A stretch of 64,000 nucleotides of DNA from an uncultured Gallionellaceae bacterium (GCA_964532405.1 CAZHIC010000007.1:6721-70720), one strand, 5' to 3'. Positions 30,419 through 40,541 are shown, counted from the stretch's first letter. Notes: generated by a model from the sequence alone, not told the origin. Made by a program: numbers and translations.

Positions 30419-31540
30419 ATGAATTACTGTGATCTAGCCCCATCCTATATTCGCTCTATCGCGCCGTATCAACCGGGCAAGCCGATCTCCGAGCTGGAGC
30501 GCGAGCTGGGCATCACCGGCATCGTCAAGCTGGCCTCCAATGAAAATCCGCTGGGCGCCAGCTCTGCGGCTATCGCCGCGATGCAGGAGGCGATCAAGAC
30601 CATCGCGCTGTATCCCGATGGCAACGGTTTCGAGTTGAAAGACGCGCTGGTGAAGCGCTATGGCGTGAAGCATGCCAATGTGACCTTGGGCAACGGCAGC
30701 AACGATTTACTGGAGTTGGCGGCGCGCGCGTTTTTGCAGCCCGGCGACAAGGTGGTGTACTCGGCGCATGCTTTTGCAATATACGCATTGGCGACACAGG
30801 CGGTAGGCGCGACAGGCATCAGCGTGCGCGCAGCCAAGGGCTACGGCCATGACCTGAAGGCGATGCAGAAAGCGGCCAAGGATAATAAAGCCAAGATCGT
30901 ATTCATTGCCAATCCCAACAACCCGACCGGTACTTTCCTCAGCGCGGAGGAGTTGCAATCGTTCCTGCGCGGTCTGCCGCCAGAAATACTGGTGGTGCTG
31001 GACGAGGCGTACAACGAGTATCTGCCGGAAGATAAACGCTACGATTCTGTGGCTTGGCTGAAGCAGTTCCCCAACCTTATTATTTCGCGCACCTTCTCCA
31101 AGGCTTACGGCTTGGCCGGTTTGCGCGTGGGCTACGCGCTGGCGCACGAACAGGTGACTGACATGATCAATCGCGTGCGCCAACCGTTCAATGTGAACAG
31201 CGTGGCGCAGGCGGCGGCAGTGGCGGCATTGCGCGATGTGTCCTTTGTTAAGAAAACATTCGAGCTTAACCAGCGCGGTATGGTGCAGATCACCGAGGGC
31301 TTGACCAGGCTGGGGCTGGAATATATACCGTCGTTCGGTAACTTCGTGGCGTTCCGCATCGGCGGGGCGACGGCGATGTACCGACGCTTACTCGAACTGG
31401 GTGTGATCGTGCGCCCGATAGCCAACTACGATATGCCGGACTGGTTGCGTGTGAGCATCGGTTTGGAAAGTGAGAATGCAAAATTTTTGAGTGCGCTGGA
31501 AAAGGCCATCAGTCAGCAGGTTAATGGAGAAAAAAAATGA
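30419..31540 (+). CDS. hisC: Histidinol-phosphate aminotransferase
   Basis: Contains [17 protein letters not shown] and [17 protein letters not shown]. Confidence 0.9.
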   Translation: MNYCDLAPSYIRSIAPYQPGKPISELERELGITGIVKLASNENPLGASSAAIAAMQEAIKTIALYPDGNGFELKDALVKRYGVKHANVTLGNGSNDLLELAARAFLQPGDKVVYSAHAFAIYALATQAVGATGISVRAAKGYGHDLKAMQKAAKDNKAKIVFIANPNNPTGTFLSAEELQSFLRGLPPEILVVLDEAYNEYLPEDKRYDSVAWLKQFPNLIISRTFSKAYGLAGLRVGYALAHEQVTDMINRVRQPFNVNSVAQAAAVAALRDVSFVKKTFELNQRGMVQITEGLTRLGLEYIPSFGNFVAFRIGGATAMYRRLLELGVIVRPIANYDMPDWLRVSIGLESENAKFLSALEKAISQQVNGEKK

Positions 31541-32553
31541 TTATCGTAATGGGCAGAGAAGTCACCGACGAACAGATCGGGGCAGTGGTTAAGAAGCTGG
31601 AAACGGCGGGCTTGAAGGCCAATATTTCGCGCGGTATCGAGCGCACGGTGATCGGTGCCATCGGCGACGAGCGCAAGCTGGAGGCGGATATGTTCACCTC
31701 GTTGCCGGGGGTGGAATCGGCGATGCACATCGCCAAACAATACAAGATCGTGTCGCGCGAATCGCACAAACAAAACACCGTCATCGACATCGGCGGTATT
31801 CCGTTGGGCGGCAATCAGATTCAGATCATCGGCGGCCCATGTTCGGTGGAGACGCAGGAACAGATGGATTTGTCGGCAAAATTTGTGCATGAGGCGGGTT
31901 GCCGTTTGATGCGCGGCGGTGCATTCAAGCCGCGCACCAGCCCCTATGCTTTCCAAGGGCACGGCGTGGAAGGTTTGGACATGTTCCGCAAGGCGGCGGA
32001 CAAATTCAAATTGCCTATCGTCACCGAGCTGATGGATGCGCGCCAGCTCGATGCCTTCCTCGAATACGACGTGGATGTCATCCAGATCGGCACGCGCAAT
32101 ATGCAAAATTTCGATCTGCTCAAGGAAGTCGGGCGCATCAACAAGCCCGTTATCCTCAAGCGCGGTATGTCGGCGACCATCAGCGAATGGCTGATGGCGG
32201 CGGAGTACATCGCCGCAGGCGGCAACCACAACATCATCTTCTGCGAGCGCGGCATCCGCACTTTCGAAACCGCCTACCGCAACGTGTTGGACGTGACCGC
32301 CATCGCCGTGATGAAGAAAGAGACCCACTTGCCAGTGATCGTCGATCCTTCCCACGCGGGCGGCAAAGCGTGGATGGTTCCGGCATTGTCGCAAGCCGCT
32401 ATCGCCGCTGGTGCGGACGGCCTGCTGGTCGAGATGCACCCCAGCCCGTGCGACGCGTGGTGCGATGCCGATCAGGCGCTCACACCGGACGAATTGAAGA
32501 AATTGATGGGCACGCTGGGCGCGATTGCCGGGGCGATTGGGCGGACTCTGTAA
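31537..32553 (+). CDS. aroF: 3-deoxy-7-phosphoheptulonate (DAHP) synthase, type I-beta, with an N-terminal regulatory domain
   Basis: Contains [35 protein letters not shown] and VDPSH. It has an approximately 70-aa ferredoxin-like N-terminal extension. Confidence 0.88.
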   Translation: MIIVMGREVTDEQIGAVVKKLETAGLKANISRGIERTVIGAIGDERKLEADMFTSLPGVESAMHIAKQYKIVSRESHKQNTVIDIGGIPLGGNQIQIIGGPCSVETQEQMDLSAKFVHEAGCRLMRGGAFKPRTSPYAFQGHGVEGLDMFRKAADKFKLPIVTELMDARQLDAFLEYDVDVIQIGTRNMQNFDLLKEVGRINKPVILKRGMSATISEWLMAAEYIAAGGNHNIIFCERGIRTFETAYRNVLDVTAIAVMKKETHLPVIVDPSHAGGKAWMVPALSQAAIAAGADGLLVEMHPSPCDAWCDADQALTPDELKKLMGTLGAIAGAIGRTL

Positions 32554-32556
32554 GAC

Positions 32557-33426
32557 ATGCAGCCCGCCTTTCAAAAGGTCGTCATTTTTGGCGCTGGACT
32601 GATCGGCGGGTCGTTCGCATTAGCGTTGCGCAAGGTTGGAGCGGTTTCTGAAGTCGTGGGCTTCGGGCGCAGTTCAGCGACGCTTGAACAAGCCAAACAA
32701 CTCGGTATTCTCGACCGCATCGGCAGCGATGCGGCGCGCGAAGTATGCGATGCCGATCTGGTGTTGCTCGCTACGCCCGTGGCACAGATGGCCGAATTGT
32801 TCGCTCGCATCGCACCGCATCTCGGCGCGCACACGCTGGTCACCGACGGCGGCAGCACCAAGGGCGATGTGGTGGCTGCGGCGCGAGCTAATCTGGGCGA
32901 CAAGATCGCGCAGTTTGTTCCCGCTCATCCCATTGCCGGTGCCGAAAAAAGCGGCGCTGCCGCCGCACTGGCCGATCTGTATCAAGGCAAGAAAGTGGTA
33001 CTCACTCCGCTGACGGAAAATTCACAAGATGCCGTGGCGTGTGTGCGCAAAGCGTGGGAGTTGTGCGGTGCGACGGTGAGCGAGCTGTCGCCGCAGCAGC
33101 ACGATGAGGTGTTCGCGGCGGTGAGTCATTTGCCGCATCTGTTGTCGTTCGCGCTGGTGCATGACTTGGCACAACGCGACAACCGCGATCAGTTGCTTTC
33201 TTTCGCCGCCAGCGGCTTTCGCGACTTCACCCGTATCGCTGCCAGCAGCCCTGAGATGTGGCGCGACATCTGTATGGCTAACCGCGATGCGCTGATGAGC
33301 GAGTTGCAACAATACGCCGCTGAGCTTTACGTTCTACACCAAGTGCTGGAAAGCAACGACGCGGCCAAGCTGGAAGAGATATTCAGTCTGGCGCGGGAAG
33401 TGCGCAGTGCTTGGACTCCGCAATAA
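32557..33426 (+). CDS. tyrA: Prephenate/arogenate dehydrogenase
   Basis: Contains VVIFGAGLIGGSFALAL (Rossmann fold), HPIAG and AASGFRDFTRIA. Confidence 0.9.
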   Translation: MQPAFQKVVIFGAGLIGGSFALALRKVGAVSEVVGFGRSSATLEQAKQLGILDRIGSDAAREVCDADLVLLATPVAQMAELFARIAPHLGAHTLVTDGGSTKGDVVAAARANLGDKIAQFVPAHPIAGAEKSGAAAALADLYQGKKVVLTPLTENSQDAVACVRKAWELCGATVSELSPQQHDEVFAAVSHLPHLLSFALVHDLAQRDNRDQLLSFAASGFRDFTRIAASSPEMWRDICMANRDALMSELQQYAAELYVLHQVLESNDAAKLEEIFSLAREVRSAWTPQ

Positions 33427-33440
33427 CTTACGAGAGCGAT

Positions 33441-34247
33441 ATGTCCATACAGGTTCTTGATACAACAGCTTGGAGAGAGTTTCGTGGCTCACCTGACATC
33501 AAAGGTTTGAATAAGACAACACATTTGGCAAAAATTGCAGATGCGAGTGGCAAGTTGCATGATTGCTATGTCAAGCTGTTGGAACCAAATACTCCTGCAC
33601 TTCTATGTGAGGCAATTGGCTGGCTCATTGCGCGTGCATCTGGTGTTGCGTGTTCGCCTTTTGCATGCATTGTGTTCATACCGTTGGATGAGCTACGAAA
33701 GAATATGAAATTGCCTGAATGGTTAGATAGGTATGATGTTTACCCAGCCTGGTGTTCAGAAGTGATTCGAGGGAAAACGGTCATCCAAGTTCATAAATGG
33801 TTTTTGTTGGCGGCCAGCAAAAAATGTTTAAGGAGCAAAGATGCTAGAGCAATGGCGGCAATGGATGTATGGGTTGACAACAGGGATCGAAACTATGGGA
33901 ACGTTGTTCGTGTAAGTAGTGGTAATTACGTTTCGATTGACCATGAAACAGTGTTGCATGATTTGTTGTGGATACCAGTAGGTAAACACTTTGCGAGAAG
34001 AAGTTTGGTTGATATGGCCGTCCAGCATTTGTCGCAAGATGATCGTGATCAATTTTTAGTGGATATGGCTACTACCGCAGAACTTCACCAAAATGGGTTC
34101 AATGTGTCGAAGAAGCACGTTGTGGAGATCATTGAAAAAATCGTTCATCCGTCAAAAATCCAGCAGTTTGTTCCGTTGGTATGTGACTTTCTGGAGTCAC
34201 GTGCAAAGCCGGGATGGCTAGCCAATGAGATAGGAGTGATCGTATGA
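33441..34247 (+). CDS. HipA / PI3-4-kinase-like phosphotransferase-fold protein (268 aa)
   Basis: It shows an ordered kinase-like pattern: CYVKLLE (Lys), LLCEAIGWL (Glu), MDVWVDNRDRNYGNVV (D-x4-N catalytic loop) and VSIDHETV (metal-binding Asp). GC is about 40%. Confidence 0.6.
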   Translation: MSIQVLDTTAWREFRGSPDIKGLNKTTHLAKIADASGKLHDCYVKLLEPNTPALLCEAIGWLIARASGVACSPFACIVFIPLDELRKNMKLPEWLDRYDVYPAWCSEVIRGKTVIQVHKWFLLAASKKCLRSKDARAMAAMDVWVDNRDRNYGNVVRVSSGNYVSIDHETVLHDLLWIPVGKHFARRSLVDMAVQHLSQDDRDQFLVDMATTAELHQNGFNVSKKHVVEIIEKIVHPSKIQQFVPLVCDFLESRAKPGWLANEIGVIV

Positions 34248-35161
34248 GTACATCATTATTCACTGATGAAAATGGTTCATTTGCACACCTTTTTAAACAG
34301 GCCGTTTCATTAGGCTCTCCCGCATTTGCCGGGGCTTGGAGCGTGATTGAATTGCAGCCGGATATTTTTGTTCCTCAATGGTTTAATGTCGGTGTGGTCG
34401 TACAGTCTGCCAATGATCGACTTCATTTTAAAATTCTGGATGAATTTAAGAAATTCGATTGTGTTTATGGGGAGCAACTTCCGCAAAGTGCATTGCGTGA
34501 GTTGATGGTTTTTGCTGAAGCTGCATTGCGTCAAGCGGCAAAAGACAAAATCCCATTAATAAATGTTGATTTTGCAACCGCCAATTTAAGATTGTCTGCG
34601 CCACAATTTACCTCTGGCGAGGATCGTGAAGTTACGGTTGAGCGCCTATTTGAAGAGATTGTTGTAATGATTCCTCGCGCAAAAGAGAAGGAATCTGAAT
34701 TTGTATCTATCGATACTGTTACAGCAAGAAAAATGGTTAATGAGAAGCTGAAAGAGATTGCAAAATTAGACTATGAGCGAATAGTGTTACCGAACTCTAC
34801 GGGTATGCTCTACGAAGATGGCGATACGAAACACTACCTAGATTTTAATCTGCGCACTAGCCGCGCTTGCGGAAGTGTGGTCTCGGCAGTTTACAAAACA
34901 ATCCAGCATGTTGAATACAATCTTCTCAAATCTAGTCGCGATCTTACGACATATGCAAGGCTTAAGAATTTGAGTGATATTGGTTTATTTTTGCTTCTTC
35001 CAGATCCCCAGAAAATGGAGCCAAAAGAATTCAAGCATGTTGATGAGTTGATCGCTGAGCAGTCTTGGAAATTGGAGCGGGATGGGTTTAGGGTGGTCAG
35101 CGGTGATGCGGAAGAGATGCTGGCAAGAGAGATATACGATTGGGCTGTTCCCTCGCTTTGA
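34244..35161 (+). CDS. DUF3037-like protein (305 aa)
   Basis: The N-terminal WSVIELQPDIFVPQWFNVGVVVQSANDRLHFKILDEF resembles my memory of the DUF3037 core. ATGA overlap with the kinase-like gene. GC is about 42%. Confidence 0.5.
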   Translation: MSTSLFTDENGSFAHLFKQAVSLGSPAFAGAWSVIELQPDIFVPQWFNVGVVVQSANDRLHFKILDEFKKFDCVYGEQLPQSALRELMVFAEAALRQAAKDKIPLINVDFATANLRLSAPQFTSGEDREVTVERLFEEIVVMIPRAKEKESEFVSIDTVTARKMVNEKLKEIAKLDYERIVLPNSTGMLYEDGDTKHYLDFNLRTSRACGSVVSAVYKTIQHVEYNLLKSSRDLTTYARLKNLSDIGLFLLLPDPQKMEPKEFKHVDELIAEQSWKLERDGFRVVSGDAEEMLAREIYDWAVPSL

Positions 35162-35207
35162 TATTCCCGATGTTCATAATTATTGATCTACTAAGTATTC
35201 ATTCTGA

Positions 35208-36623
35208 ATGATGGTACGCACTGAATTTATCGGCCTACCTCCTCTGCTGTCCGCGCACGGCATCGTGCGTTTGCCAGGCTCCAAGAGCATTTCCAATCGT
35301 GTGCTGTTGCTGTCTGCGCTGGCGCAGGGTACGACGACTGTGCGCGACCTGCTGCACTCGGACGATACTGAACGCATGCTGGAAGGTTTGCGCACGCTGG
35401 GTGTGCAGGTTGAATCGCTCGGCGATAACTCCTATCGCGTAACAGGTTGCGGCGGTGACTTCCCCGTCAAACAAGCCAAGCTGTTCCTTGGCAATGCAGG
35501 TACGGCATTTCGCCCGCTGACGGCTGCGCTGGCTTTGGCTGGCGGCAGTTACGAGTTGTCCGGTGTGGCGCGTATGCACGAGCGTCCTATCGGCGATTTG
35601 GTGGATGCGTTGCGCCAGCTCGGTGCGGACATCCGCTATCTGGGCAATGAAGGCTTTCCGCCGTTGCGGATAGAGATACCTTCTGATGAAGCAACTAGCC
35701 ATTCGACTAGGCCACCACAAAACGGTAGCCAAGTCGCTGGTTATCCCCAGCCCTCTCCCGTCAAGGGAGAGGGAGTGGTCAGCGTGAAAGGCAACGTGTC
35801 GAGCCAATTTTTGACGGCACTGCTGATGGCGTTGCCGTTGCTGAATCGCACGGTGAAGGTTTCAGTGCTGGGCGAGTTGATCTCCAAGCCTTATATCGAA
35901 ATCACGCTGGCGATGATGGCGCGCTTTGGTGTTGTTGTGCAGCGTGACGGTTGGCGCAGCTTCACGGTTGTGGCAGGTAGCCGCTATGTGTCGCCGCAAG
36001 AGATATATGTCGAGGGCGATGCGTCTTCTGCTTCGTATTTTCTGGCGGCAGGCGCTATTGGCGGCGGGCCAGTGCGCGTGGAGGGCGTGGGAAAAAGCAG
36101 TGTGCAGGGAGATATACGTTTTGCCGAAGCGCTGCAAAAAATGGGCGCAACGATCACGATGGGGGATAACTGGATCGAAGCGCGTGCGCCTGCGAGCGGT
36201 AAGCTCAAGGCCATCGATCTCGACTGCAACCACATCCCCGATGCGGCGATGACGCTGGCCGTAGCGGCGCTGTTCGCCGACGGCGCGACCACACTGCGCA
36301 ACATCGCCAGCTGGCGCGTGAAGGAAACCGACCGTATCGCGGCGATGGCGACGGAGTTGCGCAAAACCGGAGCAACGGTAGAAGAGGGGGCGGATTTCAT
36401 TCGCGTTACGCCGCCCCCATCCTCCTTGGCTTCCGCCCTTCACCCTTCACCCTTTACTCTTCACGGTTCCGTCGACACTTACGACGATCACCGCATGGCG
36501 ATGTGTTTCTCGCTGGTCGCGTTCGGCGGTGCAGGCGTGCGTATCAACGATCCGAAATGTGTGGCCAAAACTTTTCCGGATTATTTCGAGTGCTTGTTTT
36601 CTGTTGTCTCTGGTGGCCGTTGA
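35208..36623 (+). CDS. aroA: 3-phosphoshikimate 1-carboxyvinyltransferase (EPSP synthase) carrying two in-frame insertions
   Basis: Contains [62 protein letters not shown] and [11 protein letters not shown]. At 471 aa it is longer than typical AroA. Confidence 0.95.
   Translation: MMVRTEFIGLPPLLSAHGIVRLPGSKSISNRVLLLSALAQGTTTVRDLLHSDDTERMLEGLRTLGVQVESLGDNSYRVTGCGGDFPVKQAKLFLGNAGTAFRPLTAALALAGGSYELSGVARMHERPIGDLVDALRQLGADIRYLGNEGFPPLRIEIPSDEATSHSTRPPQNGSQVAGYPQPSPVKGEGVVSVKGNVSSQFLTALLMALPLLNRTVKVSVLGELISKPYIEITLAMMARFGVVVQRDGWRSFTVVAGSRYVSPQEIYVEGDASSASYFLAAGAIGGGPVRVEGVGKSSVQGDIRFAEALQKMGATITMGDNWIEARAPASGKLKAIDLDCNHIPDAAMTLAVAALFADGATTLRNIASWRVKETDRIAAMATELRKTGATVEEGADFIRVTPPPSSLASALHPSPFTLHGSVDTYDDHRMAMCFSLVAFGGAGVRINDPKCVAKTFPDYFECLFSVVSGGR
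35751..35773. repeat. REP hairpin inside the aroA coding sequence
   Basis: CCCTCTCCC-GTCAA-GGGAGAGGG, a perfect 9-bp stem. It encodes PSPVKGEG in the aroA frame. Confidence 0.85.
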
Positions 36624-36635
36624 AAGCGCCCAATA

Positions 36636-37385
36636 TTAGAAACGGTATACGAGCGCGGCAAACCCGTTGTCTTCAAATTGCGTGTTAACCAGCGGGCTGT
36701 TGGTGAGGGCTGAATCTAGCCATTTTCGCTGTAGGTAGAAGTTCGCAATCCATCCGTCGCCAAGCGGAGCTTCAAGCATTATTTTGAACGAGCGCTTAGT
36801 GGATGCCTCCGGGGTATAGCTGGCATAGCCGCTCGCTGCGGATTCGGCGGCGGATACGCCGTAGTAGTAGCGGTTATAGTCGCTCGAATAGCGTTCAATT
36901 CCGATTTGCGGATAGACGGTCATTTCGCCTAGAGGGATGGGGACGACATAGACAGCTTCGTATATGCTGCCATGCGATTTGTTCGCGTCGTATAAAGCGT
37001 AAAGAAAGAGACCGCCCAAGGGCGTTACTTGGAAGGTTCCAAGGCCGACAGGAACGGAATTTTGGCGGTCGTTTATTCCCCGCAGCTCGGCATTATCGGC
37101 AGTCTGGTAGCCGTCATATTTGATTCGGCCAACCAGTTCCAGATGCCCGTATCCGAGGGGCAGGGTCTTGATGCCGAATGTATCAATGCGGGTAAATATA
37201 GGCCCATAGTCGAAGTAGGCATAAGGTAGAAGCGTGGTGCTGTTGGCAGTACCCCTGATGGGGCTTGAGGATACGTTGGCGAAGAGCCCCAAATCTCCCT
37301 GTAGGCTATTGGTAAAACCCTCGGCGGCCAGAGCGTTAGTCGAGAGAAAAATGGCCAGCGGGAAAATGGCATTGATGAGTTTCAT
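36636..37385 (-). CDS. mipA: MipA/OmpV-family outer-membrane protein
   Basis: It has a signal peptide, alternating beta-strand composition and a C-terminal ...ALVYRF, which is typical of MipA. Confidence 0.75.
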   Translation of the reverse strand: MKLINAIFPLAIFLSTNALAAEGFTNSLQGDLGLFANVSSSPIRGTANSTTLLPYAYFDYGPIFTRIDTFGIKTLPLGYGHLELVGRIKYDGYQTADNAELRGINDRQNSVPVGLGTFQVTPLGGLFLYALYDANKSHGSIYEAVYVVPIPLGEMTVYPQIGIERYSSDYNRYYYGVSAAESAASGYASYTPEASTKRSFKIMLEAPLGDGWIANFYLQRKWLDSALTNSPLVNTQFEDNGFAALVYRF

Positions 37386-37683
37386 GTGATGTCTTCCTGA
37401 TATTTCGTGCGGATAAATACCGCAAGGCGCGCATCGTGCCGTGGGTGTAACAAATAATCAAGGTGGCTTTAGCTATTGACGGTCCATCAGAATAAGTGGG
37501 ACATTGCGCGCCAGTTCCACAAAATAGCACTAAGGGGTCGTTAAAAAATTACCGTTACATTTTTCGGTAACTTGACAGCACGTAGAAGCTGCATAGATGC
37601 AATAGTTGACTTTTTCACTGTTACAGTTATTTGTTAACAGATCCTAATCAGAACTCAGGAGGATGTGATGTGTTGAGAATGTG

Positions 37684-38949
37684 ATGAGTACGTTTTTGTT
37701 TGATGCAACAAAATTGCTTCGCCCTTCCTTGCGCTACTTCATTTTCTGTATTTCGCTCCTCATAACCGCGCTGCCCCACCCCGCACTCGCTGAGGGTACT
37801 GTTCAAATTCAACCCGCAGGATTCTATCTGCCCGGCTCTCCGACTTGGACGGGCGCAACTCCTGCTGCTGTTTGTGTCGCTCATCCCAATTTCTGCGGCT
37901 GGGCACCGGGGACACTAATCAGCAGCATGACTTGCGGGATCGTGCCCGGCTCTGCTGTTTACAATCCCAGTTTTTGCATCAGCCACACCGAGCCGATTGT
38001 TCCTCTATCTTCTTGTCCACCCAATTCCACGGGAACGCCGATGCCGATTAACCCAACTGTTTGCACTTGCAACGCCGGCTACCAGCCCGACTCCGCAGGA
38101 ACAAGCTGCGTGCCAAGCCAAGAAGGCCTCATCATCACCCTGCAAGGCGGCACGACCACACAACATTCAACTTTGTTGCCATTCAATGCGGTCGTGAAAG
38201 ACCAGAATAGTGTGGTTCAGTCGGGCAAGCAAGTTACCATCACAGCCACTGTGCAAAATGGAACGGGTGGGCACATCCACACTGAAAACCGCCCCAAGGG
38301 AAACTTTACGTGCTCCTCCTCGTTAGGGACATCGCCAGCGACTTGCACTTTAACAACGGATGGCAGCGGACAAGCTCCGTTTGAATTTGTCGCTACACCG
38401 ATCTCCGGCACGCACACCATCACGGCCACTTGCACGGGTTGCAGCAATACCGCAACGGCTCAAGTTAATGTGAAGGTGGACGGACTGACCCCGATTCCTG
38501 CTGCGCCAAAACTGTATGCGCTGCAAGATTCCGCAGGAGCGGTGATCGGTGCGGTTGCGGGGAAACATACGGTTAACCACTATCTCACGAGCACGGCGAT
38601 AGGCAAGTTGAATAAATTTGCTACAAACTATCAAAAGACCAATCCCGGTGCAAAGTTGTACCTCAACGATGCCAGCCTAGTGTGGGGCGGCTTGTTCGAT
38701 GTCGGGAGCTCACCTTGGATGTCCCCGCACAACGGGCACAATCGCGGGATGTCGATTGACATCCGCGCTGCAAACAGCGGCGTGAACAATGAAGGCGCAG
38801 TGCCTGCTACAGCCTTCGCTAAAGTCTCAAAAAGCGCAGCAGATGCACATGCTAAAGCAGCCCTGCATTGCTCGGATAACGGTGTCCTGAGAATCGGCGC
38901 TCCATGCAATGGCATACCGAACAACCGGCACTTCCACGTTGACTTTTAG
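37684..38949 (+). CDS. Secreted Cys-rich / Ig-like / LAS-family zinc metallopeptidase-domain protein
   Basis: The signal peptide ends ALA-EG. There are 8 Cys in about 80 aa. An Ig-like T/S-rich beta region follows (VTITATVQNGTGG...HTITATCTGC). The C-terminus has HNRGMSID (H-x6-D) and HFHVDF (H-x-H). Confidence 0.65.
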   Translation: MSTFLFDATKLLRPSLRYFIFCISLLITALPHPALAEGTVQIQPAGFYLPGSPTWTGATPAAVCVAHPNFCGWAPGTLISSMTCGIVPGSAVYNPSFCISHTEPIVPLSSCPPNSTGTPMPINPTVCTCNAGYQPDSAGTSCVPSQEGLIITLQGGTTTQHSTLLPFNAVVKDQNSVVQSGKQVTITATVQNGTGGHIHTENRPKGNFTCSSSLGTSPATCTLTTDGSGQAPFEFVATPISGTHTITATCTGCSNTATAQVNVKVDGLTPIPAAPKLYALQDSAGAVIGAVAGKHTVNHYLTSTAIGKLNKFATNYQKTNPGAKLYLNDASLVWGGLFDVGSSPWMSPHNGHNRGMSIDIRAANSGVNNEGAVPATAFAKVSKSAADAHAKAALHCSDNGVLRIGAPCNGIPNNRHFHVDF

Positions 38950-38959
38950 GAGCGGAACA

Positions 38960-39184
38960 ATGAGAGCATCCAACAAGCTGTATGTGGGTATTGCGGCAAT
39001 GGCGATTTCGCTGTGCGCGCAAGCCTATTCGGGCGAAAGCATCGTGCGCGATCCGGCTACGGGCGACTACACCATCACCTACAAGGGCGATTCTAATGCG
39101 ACCGAACTATCGCAAACGATCTTCGTTCCCTCCACCAAGATTGATCCCTCTATCCGCTCCAGCTTCCGCTTGGGTGAGACATGA
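38960..39184 (+). CDS. Small secreted protein (74 aa)
   Basis: AGGAG lies 7 nt before ATG 38960. The signal peptide is MRASNKLYVGIAAMAISLCAQA. It starts 11 nt after the peptidase stop. Confidence 0.5.
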   Translation: MRASNKLYVGIAAMAISLCAQAYSGESIVRDPATGDYTITYKGDSNATELSQTIFVPSTKIDPSIRSSFRLGET

Positions 39185-39272
39185 GACATAAATCGGCTTC
39201 TGAAACAACGCCTTTCCTGTTAATATCGCGCCCCTGTTAAATTCCCTGTGTGGCGTTCACTTTCAGCATCAA

Positions 39273-40541
39273 ATGAGTAATCCAACATTACAAGCCGTGC
39301 GCGGCATGAACGATATTCTGCCGGATGAGGCGCAATTGTGGCTGTGGTTCGAGGACACGGTGCGCGAGTGGCTAGAAGCCTACGGTTATCGCAACATCCG
39401 TATGCCGCTGGTGGAACCGACAGCGCTGTTCAAGCGCGCTATCGGCGAAGTCACCGACATCGTCGAGAAGGAGATGTATAGCTTCGAGGATGGTCTTAAC
39501 GGCGACCTGCTTACCTTGCGCCCTGAGGGGACGGCTTCCTGCGTGCGCGCCGTGTTGCAACACAATTTGCTGTATAACGCGCCGCAGCGTTTGTACTATA
39601 GCGGCGCGATGTTCCGCCACGAGCGCCCGCAAAAAGGGCGCTATCGCCAGTTTCACCAGATCGGGGTCGAGGCGCTGGGCTTTGCCGGGCCGGATATCGA
39701 CGCAGAACAAATTTTGATGTGCGCGCGCCTGTGGAAAAAGCTGGGCATACGCGATGTGAATTTGCAGATCAATACGCTGGGCGACAGTGCATCGCGCCAG
39801 CGTCATCGCGAAAAGCTGATCGCCTATTTTGAACAGTATGCGGATAAATTGGATGCGGATGCGACGCGCCGTTTGCATACTAATCCGCTGCGTATTTTGG
39901 ACAGCAAGAATCCCGCGATGCAGGAGATTATCGTTGGCGCCCCCAGCCTGATGGATGAGCTGGATGCCGAGGCCGTCGCGCATTTCGAAGCGGTGCAGGC
40001 CATCCTCAAGCGGCATGGTGTGGCTTATGAGATCAATCCGCGTCTGGTGCGCGGACTGGATTACTACAATCGCACCGTGTTCGAGTGGGTCACCACGCGT
40101 TTGGGCGCGCAAGGTACCATCTGCGCCGGAGGCCGTTTCGACGGCTTGATCGAACAGATCGGCGGCAAGCCCGCTCCCGCTTGCGGTTTTGCGATGGGCA
40201 TTGAACGCTTGCTGGCGCTGTTGCAGGAAGACGGCATGCAGAATCCTGCTGCACCCTTGGATGTGTATCTGGTGCATCAGGGTGAATCGGCCAGCAAACT
40301 GGCGAGCGCAGTGGCGGAACAGTTGCGCGATGCGAATTTGAAGGTGGTGCTGCATTGCGGCGGCGGCAGTTTTAAATCGCAGATGAAGAAGGCGGATGCT
40401 AGCGGTGCTCTATGTGCGGTCATTATCGGTGACGATGAGGCGCGGGCGGGGCAAGCGACATTGAAGCCATTGCGCGGTGGCGGCGAGCAAGCCCGTGTGG
40501 CACTGACAGAATTGCCGCAGAAATTTTTTGAACTTAATTAA
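39273..40541 (+). CDS. hisS: Histidine--tRNA ligase
   Basis: Contains [35 protein letters not shown] and GGGRYDGL-like (GGRFDGL). Confidence 0.97.
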   Translation: MSNPTLQAVRGMNDILPDEAQLWLWFEDTVREWLEAYGYRNIRMPLVEPTALFKRAIGEVTDIVEKEMYSFEDGLNGDLLTLRPEGTASCVRAVLQHNLLYNAPQRLYYSGAMFRHERPQKGRYRQFHQIGVEALGFAGPDIDAEQILMCARLWKKLGIRDVNLQINTLGDSASRQRHREKLIAYFEQYADKLDADATRRLHTNPLRILDSKNPAMQEIIVGAPSLMDELDAEAVAHFEAVQAILKRHGVAYEINPRLVRGLDYYNRTVFEWVTTRLGAQGTICAGGRFDGLIEQIGGKPAPACGFAMGIERLLALLQEDGMQNPAAPLDVYLVHQGESASKLASAVAEQLRDANLKVVLHCGGGSFKSQMKKADASGALCAVIIGDDEARAGQATLKPLRGGGEQARVALTELPQKFFELN

